In this document: positions 25,004 through 36,404 of the stretch, one piece after another
Layout of the letters: each line of letters begins with the position of its first letter
How positions within the stretch are numbered: position 1 is the stretch's first letter
From: Octopus sinensis
Lineage: Eukaryota
Assembly: GCF_006345805.1 (NCBI RefSeq)
Contig: NC_042998.1
Location: forward strand, 99,386,001-99,450,000
Length of the DNA: 64,000 bases
Reading direction: 5' to 3'
Program-made: the position numbers and the translations under genes
The notes under the pieces: generated by a model
What the model was told of the DNA's origin: nothing
Database searches by the model: none
What the model saw: the letters and a program-made list of their open reading frames with translations, nothing else

Positions 25004-27225
25004 GTAATTATAGAAATTAGCTGATTGTAGTTATTCCATTTTGTTATTTAACATGAGAAGGGACAGTACTCTGAAGTATCCAGTTTGTTTCAGAAGAACA
25101 GAGATCATTGTTGATATGGGAGAAGGGTCAAAGCAAAGACACAACTTGAAAAGTGAATGTCTGGTTGTTCTTGTTGTTTAGCTGCATGTTGGCTGTGATT
25201 GAGCAGGCTTATGATTAAAGACATTCTAACCATAATGATTCTATTTCTTATGTGCAGGGCACCTAGGATCACGTTATCCAATAAGCTCTTTTCTAAGACA
25301 GATGGGTGTAACTTGAGAGAGATTTGGCTGCTATTTGTAACAGATCATACAAACATTTAGAGACTCTCACTGACTTGCAATCAATAATTGGAAACTGTCA
25401 GTGATTGAAAGTTTATTATGTAGCTATGTCTAGACCTGGCCAAGCAGTCCTATATTACAGTGATAACTGATTGAACTTTGGTGAACAAATCACATATCCA
25501 ACATACTGAAAATTTTAACACATGACATTAATCATATTGTTTATTTTATTATCAGGATCTGATGTCACTTTAAGTTGTGGTCTTTTTAGTATCTGATTTT
25601 ATATGCCAAAAAGGAACTAGAAGCTTCTTTCTCCTTTTCCACCACCTCCCTGTCTTAACCTATCCAATTTTATTTATATAGCTGCAATAATAAATTATAT
25701 TGTTCTCTTCAGCTATGGCTCAATACCTTTTTATCAGTTTTGAGATTAGGATATAAGATAATGAGGTTAGGCTATAGTTCATTTAATCAACATTTAGGTG
25801 TTGAGCTGACAGAATCACTAGCATGCCAGATGAAATGCTTAGTGGTATTTTATCTGTCCCTATGTTCTATATTCAAATTCCACCTTGTTCAGTTTTACCT
25901 TTCACATTTTCGGGGTCGATAAAATAAGTACCTGTTAAGTACTGGGGTCAATGTAATCAACTTAACTACGCCTGGGTATGAGTATAAAAACTGCACCTCT
26001 CTGCTAAGCCATGTCGAGCCAGTATGGCAGGGTAGGCTCATCAAACCATTTCGATCTCAAGCTTAAATTCATAGCCTCCACATTTTTTATGGAAAGAACA
26101 TGGTTGGTGAAAAGAACATGCCATTTTTATTTACAGATCTATGGGTGCAAGCATGGCTATGGGTTGTGAAGTTCACTTCCTGACCATATGGTTTCAAGTT
26201 CAGTCCCACTATGTGGCATTTTGAACAAGTATCTTCTCCTATATTTCTTAGTAATGCAAAGCCTTTTGTGTGAATTTGGTAGATGGAAACTGTAAAAGAA
26301 GTCAATTGTGTGTGTGTTTGTGTGCCCTATGTCTCTGAGTTTTTTTACATCTCCAATCACTTGTACAAAAATTGCAACAAATGGTGTTGCTTGTTGTCAG
26401 GTTTCTTGTAAACAAATCATCTGTTCCATTCAAACGTTTGAAGCCTTGTGGAATAAGAGATCCCTTATTTATAAAACAGACATAAAAATGAGCAAATACT
26501 CTTTATCTCGTGGATTATTTGGCTATGTAGTGTATACTGAAATAGATCAAGATATGGCCAAGCTAAATGTTGGCCTAACTATTTTTCATGTAGACGGTGT
26601 CCCTAAGAAATTTACCCAACTTATTCTTTAAACTATAACCAGTGTTTATTCAGGCCAACTCATTATAACTCTAAGACTTCATATGATGTGGTAAGTTGAT
26701 TTAAAGACTATGCTTCACAGAGGAAATCTAATAATGCTTAAACATGTCTAGAGTTGTCACTAAACTGCCAGGGGACAAACTCATTCACCACTGTATGTCC
26801 ATATTCAATTTCAGTTATTCTAAACTTGTGTTCCCATGCTGTCAGAAATGATAGCATGAAAATGATATGGAAAATAAAATTAAAATTAAAAGATTAAAAC
26901 CTTTATCTTAGTAATTGCTTCAACACCATGTTTCTAGTGAAGCTCTATCACCAAATGATCTTCATGAAATGTAAGCAAAAGAGTTCACCTGTGAAATGAT
27001 TCTTCTGAGTGTCCGCTAAGCCTATTTTATAGGGAAGCCTCTGCAGGCATATATAATGTAGTAGGATGTGTCAGACTTGATTGTATCAACAGTTTCTAAC
27101 TAACTTCTTTTTTTTTTAATGATAATCCTGTTAATATTTATTTCAAGAAAAACCTTTCCCAAGGTCTTATGTAGAATAAAGAATACATATTTGATTGTTA
27201 ACTTTGTTATAATTCCTCCATTATA

Positions 27226-27258
<33 letters not shown>

Positions 27259-27605
27259 ATATACACACACACAAATATACATATATATATATATGCATAA
27301 CTACATATATATGTATGTGTGTGTATATAAATCTGTGTGTTTGTGTAAATACATAACAAAAATATATATAAACACTCCCAAACTGCATTCATATCACACC
27401 TCCTCAATGACTTGTGGACATGACACTCTGTTTACAACTTCCTCTCTCTCTCATTGCTGTTACTTTCTCTCACTCCCTCTCAGTCATGGCTTTTACTCTC
27501 ACTACTTCTCCTTCACTGAATTACTATTTTCTCTCCTCTCCCTTCACTTATCCTATTCTTTTTCTCACCCCCACCTACTGCATGATTTTGGACAAATACA
27601 TACAT

Positions 27606-27935
27606 ACATACATGCATGGTGGCTGCCCCCTCGTTATTGAGTATGGCCATTGCACGAAGCTTAATCAATGTTGTTATCATGCAATGCCTGTGCAAGAAGA
27701 TTTTTTTTTAAGTGAGGAAAGGCTGTGCACTGAGTCAATCCCACTCACTAAGCAACAGCAGCCATGATCAAAGGGCGGAGGAACTTTTGAGAGTCAATGG
27801 CCATCCAATAAATGTCTTTAGAGTGTATCATGCGCGGGGACATAGAAATACTCGGACTGAATACCCGATCGCGCGGTTAAACCACTGGGAGTGAAGGACT
27901 CCTAGCCTTTGTTAGGGCATCCTTCTAGAAGTTAC
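27606..27935 (+). repeat. GC-richer repeat fragment, possibly the 5' UTR of an RTE-type LINE
   Basis: CpG-containing island in an AT-rich intron, ending GACTCCTAGCCTTTGTTAGGGCATCCTTCTAG, which resembles RTE 5'-UTR sequence as I recall it; family not confirmed. Confidence 0.35.
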
Positions 27936-28310
27936 TGATGATGTTGACATACACACACACGCACACGCACACGCACACAATACTATGCTCATTATTAAAT
28001 TAGAAGATTTATGAGTATTCTCCCTCACATTTCTTGATCAGAATTAATTAAGCTAATGATTGATTCTCTTTTCACTACAGGTATAATTAAAAAAATTTTT
28101 TTTGTTTTTTTTGCTCTCTACATTAAATATGCCAACATTGACTTCACTGTTTGGTCTTCATGCAACTTGCATCCCTAGGTAATTTCCCCCTGCAACTTCT
28201 TTTTGATAAAATAATGATAATTGTGTAATTATTGTTTACTTATTTTAATAAATATATATTTCTGAAATATTTTGATGTTTACACATTTTTGGTTTCTTTA
28301 CATAATTCAG

Positions 28311-28397
28311 ATTAGTGGATACTGCTACTAATAATGTCCGCACAGCTTTTAAACTGGGTGATATTTCATATTGGTGTGGACATAAAGAAAATGACAG
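28311..28397 (+). CDS. APPL1: APPL exon (PTB): LVDTATNNVRTAFKLGDISYWCGHKEND
   Basis: attcag acceptor, gtgagt donor; 1+84+2 nt. Confidence 0.9.
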
Positions 28398-29785
28398 GTG
28401 AGTACTGAAACCAACTTAACTTCCTGGCATTCACTTGCCAAACTTTTAGTCATTTTTTTGTTTTGATGTTTATTGAGAAAGGACATAGCTCCTTTTTTTT
28501 TTAAGTATTTATTAAGACAAGCTCCTTCTTCCAACGTGTTGTAGTGTTCTGGATTATATACATTTTTGTTGTGGATTATATCCTATTTTGGAAAATGACA
28601 AGTATCCTTTTCTTTGGATTTGCTTCCATTGCAGGAATATTTCATACATATTTAAATCTAACACTGCAATCTTGTAAAAGCAGCTGTGAGATGAGACATG
28701 TGTTGCTTGAAAAGCTTGATATAGCAATCAAATTCCTATTAAATTAACCTCCACAGTCTTAAAAAGTAAGAACGTGTATAATATATTTGTAGCTGTATTT
28801 TGACTGAAAACAATAAAAGCTTTTTGTGATAACTTGAGTTGCTACAAATATCAGCAAGATTTATATAGTCCAAGCTATGCAATGCTCAATAGAAAGGCTA
28901 GATGGTTAAAGTTGGAACACTTTTGATAAGTCTGCTCAGTCAGAGCCAATCTGGGGTTAAATAACAATGTAAGAGTACTTATATCATTTGATTATGTTAA
29001 TTAACTCTATAGTCATTTATTTAGTTGTTATGATTTAAACAAAAAAATCATATTTGTTACTGGATGAGACTTCCCATGAGTTTGCCATTGTATCTGGACT
29101 GGTTATTTGTATTACCTTAGATTTTGTTAAGAAGGATAATTGAGATTTGTACTGATCAGAATTTTCCAAGGGTCATTATTGATATAAACAGAAATTGATA
29201 ATTATTGAAGTCATGTCTGCTACTCTACAGCAATTGGCATTACTAGACTAGACACCATACCAATTAACCCTTTTAAGTATTATAACAGATTTTCAAACAG
29301 GTTCTAAAGAGTGGGCACATGGTTAAGAATTTTGCTTGTAGTTTGGGGATTGATCCCACTGCACAGCATCTTGAGGAAGTGTCTTCTATCATAGCTTTGG
29401 GTTAATGAAAGTCTTGTGAGTGAAATTTGGGAGATGGAAACTATCTGGAATTGTTAGAAGAATCATTCCTGTTCTTGGATGGTAGATTCAATTTGTCTCC
29501 TCGTTGAAACACCCTCACCTGATCATTGAGTACTTTTAGAAGTGACCCCTGTGTGTCATGTATCTGGGCAAGGTCTCCAATCTGAAGTTAACTTCCTTCT
29601 TTCCCCTTGCTAACCTTGGAGGTCCTGGAAAAGGGTCAAGGACACTGCCATTCATATAATTAAATGAAAATGAAAAAAATAATGTAAAGGGAACTCTGAA
29701 CATATCTACTATTCTTCACCCTTTGTTACATTTATTTTGCTGAATAAAGCATAATTTTTTATGTTAATTTTCATGTGTCTTGTAG

Positions 29786-29873
29786 ACTACTTGGTTTTAT
29801 TACTGTCAACAAAGAAGAGGGTTCACTTTCTTATACATGTCATGTTTTTGAGTCAAGTACACCAGTTTTGGAA
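29786..29873 (+). CDS. APPL1: APPL exon (PTB): LLGFITVNKEEGSLSYTCHVFESSTPVLE
   Basis: ttgtag acceptor, gtaagt donor; 1+87 nt. Confidence 0.92.
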
Positions 29874-30563
29874 GTAAGTAAAATAAAACACACACTCAAG
29901 ACACCTTGCTGCATTCTTTTATGTTTTAAGTTCACATCATGCTACTGTTAATTTTGCTTTGTATTCTTTCATAGTTACATCAGCTATTTGAGTTGATGTA
30001 ATTAATTATAGCTCTTTTCTCAAAGGTTTGAGGCCTTTGTGCTAAAATTAGATATCATAATCTAATATCAGCACAATCTTATATGCAACAGCTACTTTTA
30101 TCAATAGTTCCCTGTGCATGATCATTCAGCATGAGACAAACCAGTATGGACTTATTCACTTTGTTTTTGTTTTGTTAGATATGTGTCTAGCATTGATGTT
30201 GAGATGTTTCAGTTTGTAATTGACATAAAACACGAGCAGTTGTTTTGACTTTCTTCATCAGAGGAGTGCCAGCTACTAGAAATCTGAATGTTTTTGCTGA
30301 TTGCTACCTCTTGTCATTCATACACTTCATGTTATCAAAATGTTATATATTAACTGAAGTGTATAGTATTGGATATCCACTGTAGCTGATCTTACAAGTT
30401 GGTTCAACAGAGTGTTAGGTTGCCATATTTCATTTCATAACTGCCATCTCTGAAGAGCGCAGAGTTACACAATCGAGCTGTTACTTAATACTCCATTGAA
30501 CCCCTAGTGCAAAACTGATTTGTAAGATCAACCATAATAGAAATATAATACTGTATACTTCAA

Positions 30564-30608
<45 letters not shown>

Positions 30609-30642
30609 AAAATTGGACATATTGTCCATTTACCATATAATT

Positions 30643-31089
30643 ATTTTCTCAGTACGCACGCTACTCGAAAAAAGGTCGACAGAAATCTCTAAAGAATTCC
30701 ATTATTACCATATCGGACCGATTTCAGGGTTAGTTCAAAAAGAACCCTTCCTTCGTCAGTGATACATGTGGCAAAGAAGTAAATGAGATACTTACTCATA
30801 CCCATGGAAGAAGCAAACACTAAGTCATGAGCACAACTAAGTACCCCAAATAAATCCAAAATAGAAATACTCCAGCCCATTCAAGACACGTACGATTTGA
30901 ACTGAGGCACTCACAGAGTGGGAGAGTCCGGAAGTGAACACTATTAAATTTATATCTAATGTAGGATAAAATTTTTTCGAAAAAAAATGTCATCAATGGC
31001 CAGCATATTAAAAAATACCTTTAAAGGTTAAATTACAAACAACTTATAAATAAGGGCAAACAAAAAAATTTCTAATGCCAAATATGCCA
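30643..31089 (-). mobile_element. About 450-bp insert between 34-bp direct repeats, carrying a hammerhead motif (Penelope-like remnant)
   Basis: Direct repeats AAAATTGGACATATTGTCCATTTACCATATAATT at 30609-30642 and 31090-31123. Confidence 0.55.
30709..30766 (-). ncRNA. Type-I hammerhead ribozyme motif (Penelope-like)
   Basis: Minus strand: TGTATCA-CTGACGA-AGGAAGGGTTC(TTTTT)GAACTAACCCT-GAAA-TCG-GTC-CGATATG; intact core, near-palindromic stem III (ATCGGT vs ACCGGT). Confidence 0.7.
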
Positions 31090-31641
31090 AAAATTGGACA
31101 TATTGTCCATTTACCATATAATTTACCATTTACCATAATGGACAGATGACAAACTGTCAATGGCCAGGGTTAATCAGTTCAGTTAGCAAATAATTGTTAT
31201 CATTTGTGATTTTGGCATGCTTCAATTAGACATTTCAGCTAGTGAAAGACCAGTGTGGCTAAAACCCAAGCCAAACGCTCAAGCAACATCACTTGATCAA
31301 GACATCTGGCATGGAAGAGTTGCCTTGCTCTGAGCAAGTCACTCAAACAGATGGTTATGACAATACAGAATTTTCAGAATCAATAGAGTATTGATCAGAA
31401 TTCAGTGCAGCATATATGTTCTGAATTCAGATCCCAATAGGGTTAACTTTATTTACTTTTCATCTTTCTGCTATCTTTTGTCAATATAATAAAAAGTATT
31501 TGATTATTAAATTGTGGTCTTAAAAATCAATTTTATGTTTTAAAAAAAATCTTAGATATAATTTTAATTCTTACACACACCTTCCACCTACTCATGTATA
31601 TAAGAGTTGTTATGGCTTTAAAAATTATTTATTCATTGTAG

Positions 31642-31692
31642 ATTTGTCAAAGTATTGGTAAAGCAACATCTATGGCATTTAAAACTTTAATG
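31642..31692 (+). CDS. APPL1: APPL exon (PTB C-terminal helix): ICQSIGKATSMAFKTLM
   Basis: ttgtag acceptor, gtaagt donor; corresponds to human ICDSVGLAKQIA; 51 nt. Confidence 0.87.
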
Positions 31693-33638
31693 GTAAGTTA
31701 AACTTTTATTCATTTTTTAAAATATTAATGCACTGATTCATTGGAATAGTTGTCTTCCTACTACCCTCTTTCCTCACTCATGTACATGCTCAGTGTATAC
31801 ACTTACAATCTTACCTGGAAATGTATACTCACAATCTTATCTGGCAATAAAATGAGTATTTTCCTTTTAAATTACTCTAATATTAAGTAAATACAGAATA
31901 AAACAAATTAAGAATGAAATTAGATTAAAATAACAAATGATTGATTCAAGATTTTTCAGTGGTCCACTGAAAAAGGTGTTAGCCTTTCAAGTATCAGAGA
32001 ATTGTATCTAATTACTGGTGCTGTGTTTATGACCTGTGGTATGTTAACTTTTACAGTTAAGTTACTTTGTCTCCATTAGTTAGCAACAAAACACCAGTGA
32101 CAGTACACTGTTTCATGACACTTAGGCTGATACTTCATGTTGAATTTATTGAAAAATGATTAGTCATTAGTTTTGATTTCAAATACACCCAAAAGGTATA
32201 TGTTCCTGTGTTTTTTTTTTCTTTTTTATTTATGGATTTTCATTCAGGACTTGTTTTATTGAATGATTTTGTTGGAAGTAAAAAAAAAACAAAAAAACCC
32301 ATGCAAAATCATTCAATCAGTAACAAATGCTCCTTTTGATTTTATTCAAATTATTTGATTGTATTCATAGTATTTATTTTGTGGAGGGATTAAAGGCTGT
32401 GTGGAGAAATGAAGAGAGGCAACAAGGGAAAAGGGACAATGGGACCAGAAGTGAGAAGTGATAACATGTCCAGAAGCAGAGTGGTTGAACAGCCTCTTTG
32501 TCTGCCAGGGCATCAAGTGTGACATGCATGTTGTGGGGATCGTTTTAGGAGGGTAGTCCTTTCTGACCAGAAGCTTGGGTAGAGTGTACATGTGGAGTAC
32601 GACTTTTGAGTTTTACTTGTTCCTGTGACCCAAAATTTGGATATACTGTTGCCAATTACATCTCAAAGTAAGAGCAACCTTATTTGTGCCTTACAACTAC
32701 AGGTTGACTCTTAAAACTGAATATTTAAATGCTAAACATTTAACTGGATGTTAGAAGATCTTTAGTCCATTGAATTATAATAGACTTGTATATCACTACC
32801 ATTGGTCCCTTACTTGAAATATTAAACTACAGGTACCAAAACATTTAGATTGGATATGAGTGTAGAAGACAGACATGATTTTGGTAAAGGTAATCAAATT
32901 ACCCATGAAGACAAAAAATCTGAGAAGTCTTGGTGTCTGATATATGTTTCATCTACAAATAGATCTAAAGGAAATGGCCGCTAAATATGAAAACGTAGAA
33001 ACTTGTACACCACATGTGCTAATGATGGTGGCAAAATGCTTTAAGATATTTTATTTTTGGGGAAATAATCTGAGTAAGTAATAAGTAAGGAGTAAGAAGT
33101 ATATGCAGGAACTTCATGTTTTCTAAAAGGAAGTAAGGGTAGAGAGAAGACATGAAACAAGGTAGTTTTATAAGATCTTGGTGTGTTAATTTACATGAAA
33201 ACTTACCTTAAGTTTTTAACAAGAATCTATTTTAGTAAATATGTTTACATTATTAGTAGTTGTAAATATAATTTTCTATCTTTATTTTATTCATGAATGA
33301 TTTTTATTGTTTTCATTAATATCAAAATAATAATTGTATAGAAAAGGCAATGAGGGAGTTCTTGATACTATAAAATTGTATAGTTTTTGTTGGTTTTGTA
33401 AGAATATGTAGTATTTTAAGAGTGTATGAAAAAATTTTGCTTCAGATGTATTTATTACAAGAAACAGCTAGGTTTCTTTCTCAAATGTTTTACATAGTTC
33501 AACATACACAAGTGAATGTGTGGAAAACAAAACAGAAATTACCAGTTTTGAAAGAAGTATCTATCAAAATTTCTATTTTGTTTTTCATACATTCACTTGT
33601 GTAGATTTGAACTGTATCAAATATTCGAGAAATAATAC

Positions 33639-33681
33639 TCATCATCATCATCATCATCATCACCACCACCACCACCACCAC

Positions 33682-33714
<33 letters not shown>
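33639..33714. repeat. Compound (CAT)n(CAC)n(TAT)n microsatellite
   Basis: Read directly from the sequence; explains the poly-His/poly-Tyr spurious ORFs. Confidence 0.9.
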
Positions 33715-33715
<1 letters not shown>

Positions 33716-35269
33716 CAGCAGAAGAATATGGAAAATAGGAAGGCAGAAGAAAGAGTAAGTTATAAAATTAATTTACATATTAATTAGTAGATTTAAGTAT
33801 TTATGTGTATGTGTAAGTCAATAAATGATGCAGAGTTCTGTCTCTTTGAAAGAGAACCAAAGTTAGGAATGTTATGTAATCAGTGAATATTGTGTTCTTG
33901 TATGACTACACTTATTCATAATATACAATTTTCTCATGAAAAATCATGTTTGCACACTTGACTTTACTGCAGGTGCACAACATACATTAGTAAGATTCAA
34001 ATGTTTCTTTTGAATTTTCTTTTTCTTTTAATTAGAAGGCATGGACGTTTTTGCAGTATTTTATATAGCAATTATAATAAATTTGACTGAGCACTCCTTT
34101 TTTTTCCCCCCCATATATTATAATATGAAAGAAAAGTTAGTGCATATTATACACAAGGAATATATTTTTGCCTATAATTATGGATATCCTTTGTACACAA
34201 GTATGTGTTATATGTGAATAAATACAGTACCTTATGAATGGGTACCTGAAGCATGCTACTGCTGATACAACCCAACCCAAATTGACAACTGGAGCATTCT
34301 GTAAATTCATTTGAAAATAGGTGCTGAATTCCTTCAAATTACTCTGTACTATCTTCAAAATAACAGTGGGGAGGGCAAAATTGGACAGTGTTGGCTTATA
34401 TATATAAAGAGGGATGGACATGGATGGAATGTTGATGATCTTGCCTGAGGTTATAAAGCTAAGAAACAACATCAACTAATCAGAATGGGTGAACAATATT
34501 GGTGCAACTAATCAGAATGCATCAACATTGGTGCAACTAATCAGCTATCATTGAGTATAACCGTCCCATGTTATTGTATATCAAGGACATCACTGACCTG
34601 TGTGTGATTTCAGGGAAGTAGACAGCTACTTTTAGCAGGTTGAGTGATATTTAAACTTAGTTTTAAATTCTAGGACATTGTGTATCTATGACTATTGATT
34701 ATGTCCTTTCCCTTTTTATTAAAGTTAGTACTGTATAGTTTAAGGGAGATTACCATGAAGCCACTTGAATTTTCCTTTATTGGCTTTAGTATAAATGTTA
34801 ATGGAATATATTTGGGGTGTGCTATGTGTACAATATAGTGTTTTCATCTACAACCAGCCAAGGGAATGAGCTGACAAAGAAACCTCTATGCAGTACTTGA
34901 CTTGTTAGTTGCACATGTGACAAATGCCTGTTTAACTCAAATTAGCCCAGAAAGGTTCAGACTTTGTAAAGTGAATTTGCCTCTTAGTGAAACACCATTC
35001 TGTTACAGGTATTGTCAACAAAAGCTCTAGCATCTATTTTCAGACAGATGTATGACTGAGGCTTGTATATTTAGTTGTCTTTTTAGGAACACTGTTCCTA
35101 CAGTGTATATAAATTCACAAGCTGTAATCTTATCCCTAACCACTTGACTATGTTGCCTGAACACAAAAATGTGTCTGAAGAAGATTGAATGTGTGTGTGT
35201 ATGGTTTTAAATATATTCATGCCTCCCCACCACTATCTCTAACTGAGTCACTGTTTTATATTTGTCTAG

Positions 35270-35443
35270 GAGCTTCTGCTTGCTAACATCAGTAAGTTAC
35301 AAGATAAATCACCAGAAGAAATCAAACCAGCCAAGCTAAGCTCTGATGAGAAATATTTGGTTTTTACAGAGAAGGCACCTTCAACAGCCTCATCAGTTCA
35401 ACCAGTCACAGACATTGGGCCTGTAGATGATTCGGAAGCTTGA
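35270..35443 (+). CDS. APPL1: APPL last coding exon: ELLLANISKLQ...GPVDDSEA*
   Basis: gtctag acceptor; 58 codons including TGA; ends in SEA like vertebrate APPL. Confidence 0.88.
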   Translation, partial: ELLLANISKLQDKSPEEIKPAKLSSDEKYLVFTEKAPSTASSVQPVTDIGPVDDSEA

Positions 35444-36182
35444 AGTTGATTTTTTTTACTTAGAAATGACAGGGAAAAAAGGGAATGCAAAAAAATTAAT
35501 TACTTTTATTTTTAAATGTACTGAGTGATATTTTTTCCTTAACTTCCGTTGACAAAATCTAAGCTATTTTGTAAGTATTATAATTACCAAATTAATTGAT
35601 ATGAACAAGAAATAACAGCTTGTATCATATTCTTTCAAAATTCATTTCAGTAAGAAAATAGAATTATTCTAATTATGTAGTGTTGTTAATAACTTATTTC
35701 TACTGGGCACAAACCCCAACACCTTTCTTTTTTTCTAATAGGAGGAAATAGAGTCAACTCAATATATTACTGGCATTTGTTTTATTGATCCCTATCCTTG
35801 CTTGAAGGATAAAAGCAACATTGACTCCTATTGATTTAATCTGAACACTTGATGTTAATGATTATGATGAAGCAATAACTTACAAATCATAAAACACTTA
35901 TTTCAACTGTTTACTACCTACTTTGGATTCACTTTCCTAATTTGGAGTGGAGGTGTAATACCTTACAGTTTTTTTTCAGACCATTTGCACTAGGGATTTA
36001 GTGTAGTCAACTTGAGTCATTGGAAGGGAAAAAATGATAAGGATAAAAGTGTCAGACACACAATTGTAGAAAGAGAGGATTGGAGCAGTGATAAAGATAG
36101 GGAATGACCTTGATAATGAGCCAGTGATTGTAAACTGTTGGTTATTTAAAACTTAACAATCAGATGGTACATCTACCTAATG

Positions 36183-36404
36183 CAGTGTTTCTCTTATGGA
36201 TGTGAAGAGAACTAATGATTGAAAAGGGAGTGTTTCTAAATATGTTTCTAATATTTAAATGTCAAAAACATTGATGAAACAAGAATTACATGGGTGTTTT
36301 ATCTATTTTATCTTCTCATTAATAAAGAGGAGGTTGCCAAAAAAATTTCACCAATATCTTTTTATAAGGATAGGGTCTGTCATTTTTCAATTTGAGAACC
36401 ACTG
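36183..36404. mobile_element. hAT (Charlie-type) MITE
   Basis: Termini CAGTGTTTCTC.../...GAGAACCACTG; 8-bp TSD ACCTAATG (36175-36182) / ATCTAATG (36405-36412). Confidence 0.8.

Larger units (their letters stand above)
3898..35443 (+). other. APPL1: APPL adaptor gene (DCC-interacting protein 13-like; BAR-PH-PTB family), 3' part, 12 coding exons; BAR-encoding 5' exons lie upstream of the window
   Basis: The spliced exons give a continuous frame matching recalled APPL1 motifs: WERGYFFTQGGNLM, DDRRFCF, ILQAENE, FLPDVPIQFDLMSP, FTVRFIGSMEV, MAARAIHNVLRMTES, C-terminal SEA. All introns are GT-AG with matching phases. An invertebrate gene is co-orthologous to APPL1/APPL2. Confidence 0.95.

Noticed and set aside
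27600-27660. HDV-like ribozyme (GGTGGCT/GGCCATT could be a P1 with a G-U wobble)
   Set aside because: No P2, P3/L3 or J4/2 elements could be fitted.
30180-30192. Alternative APPL exon beginning ag|ATATGT (Ile-Cys)
   Set aside because: In-frame stop after three codons; the matching exon is 31642-31692.
33499-33738. ORFs with poly-His/Tyr/Met/Val tracts
   Set aside because: These are translations of a compound microsatellite.
34473-34544. Three copies of CAACTAATCAG at about 30-nt spacing
   Set aside because: A short decayed minisatellite with no further structure.
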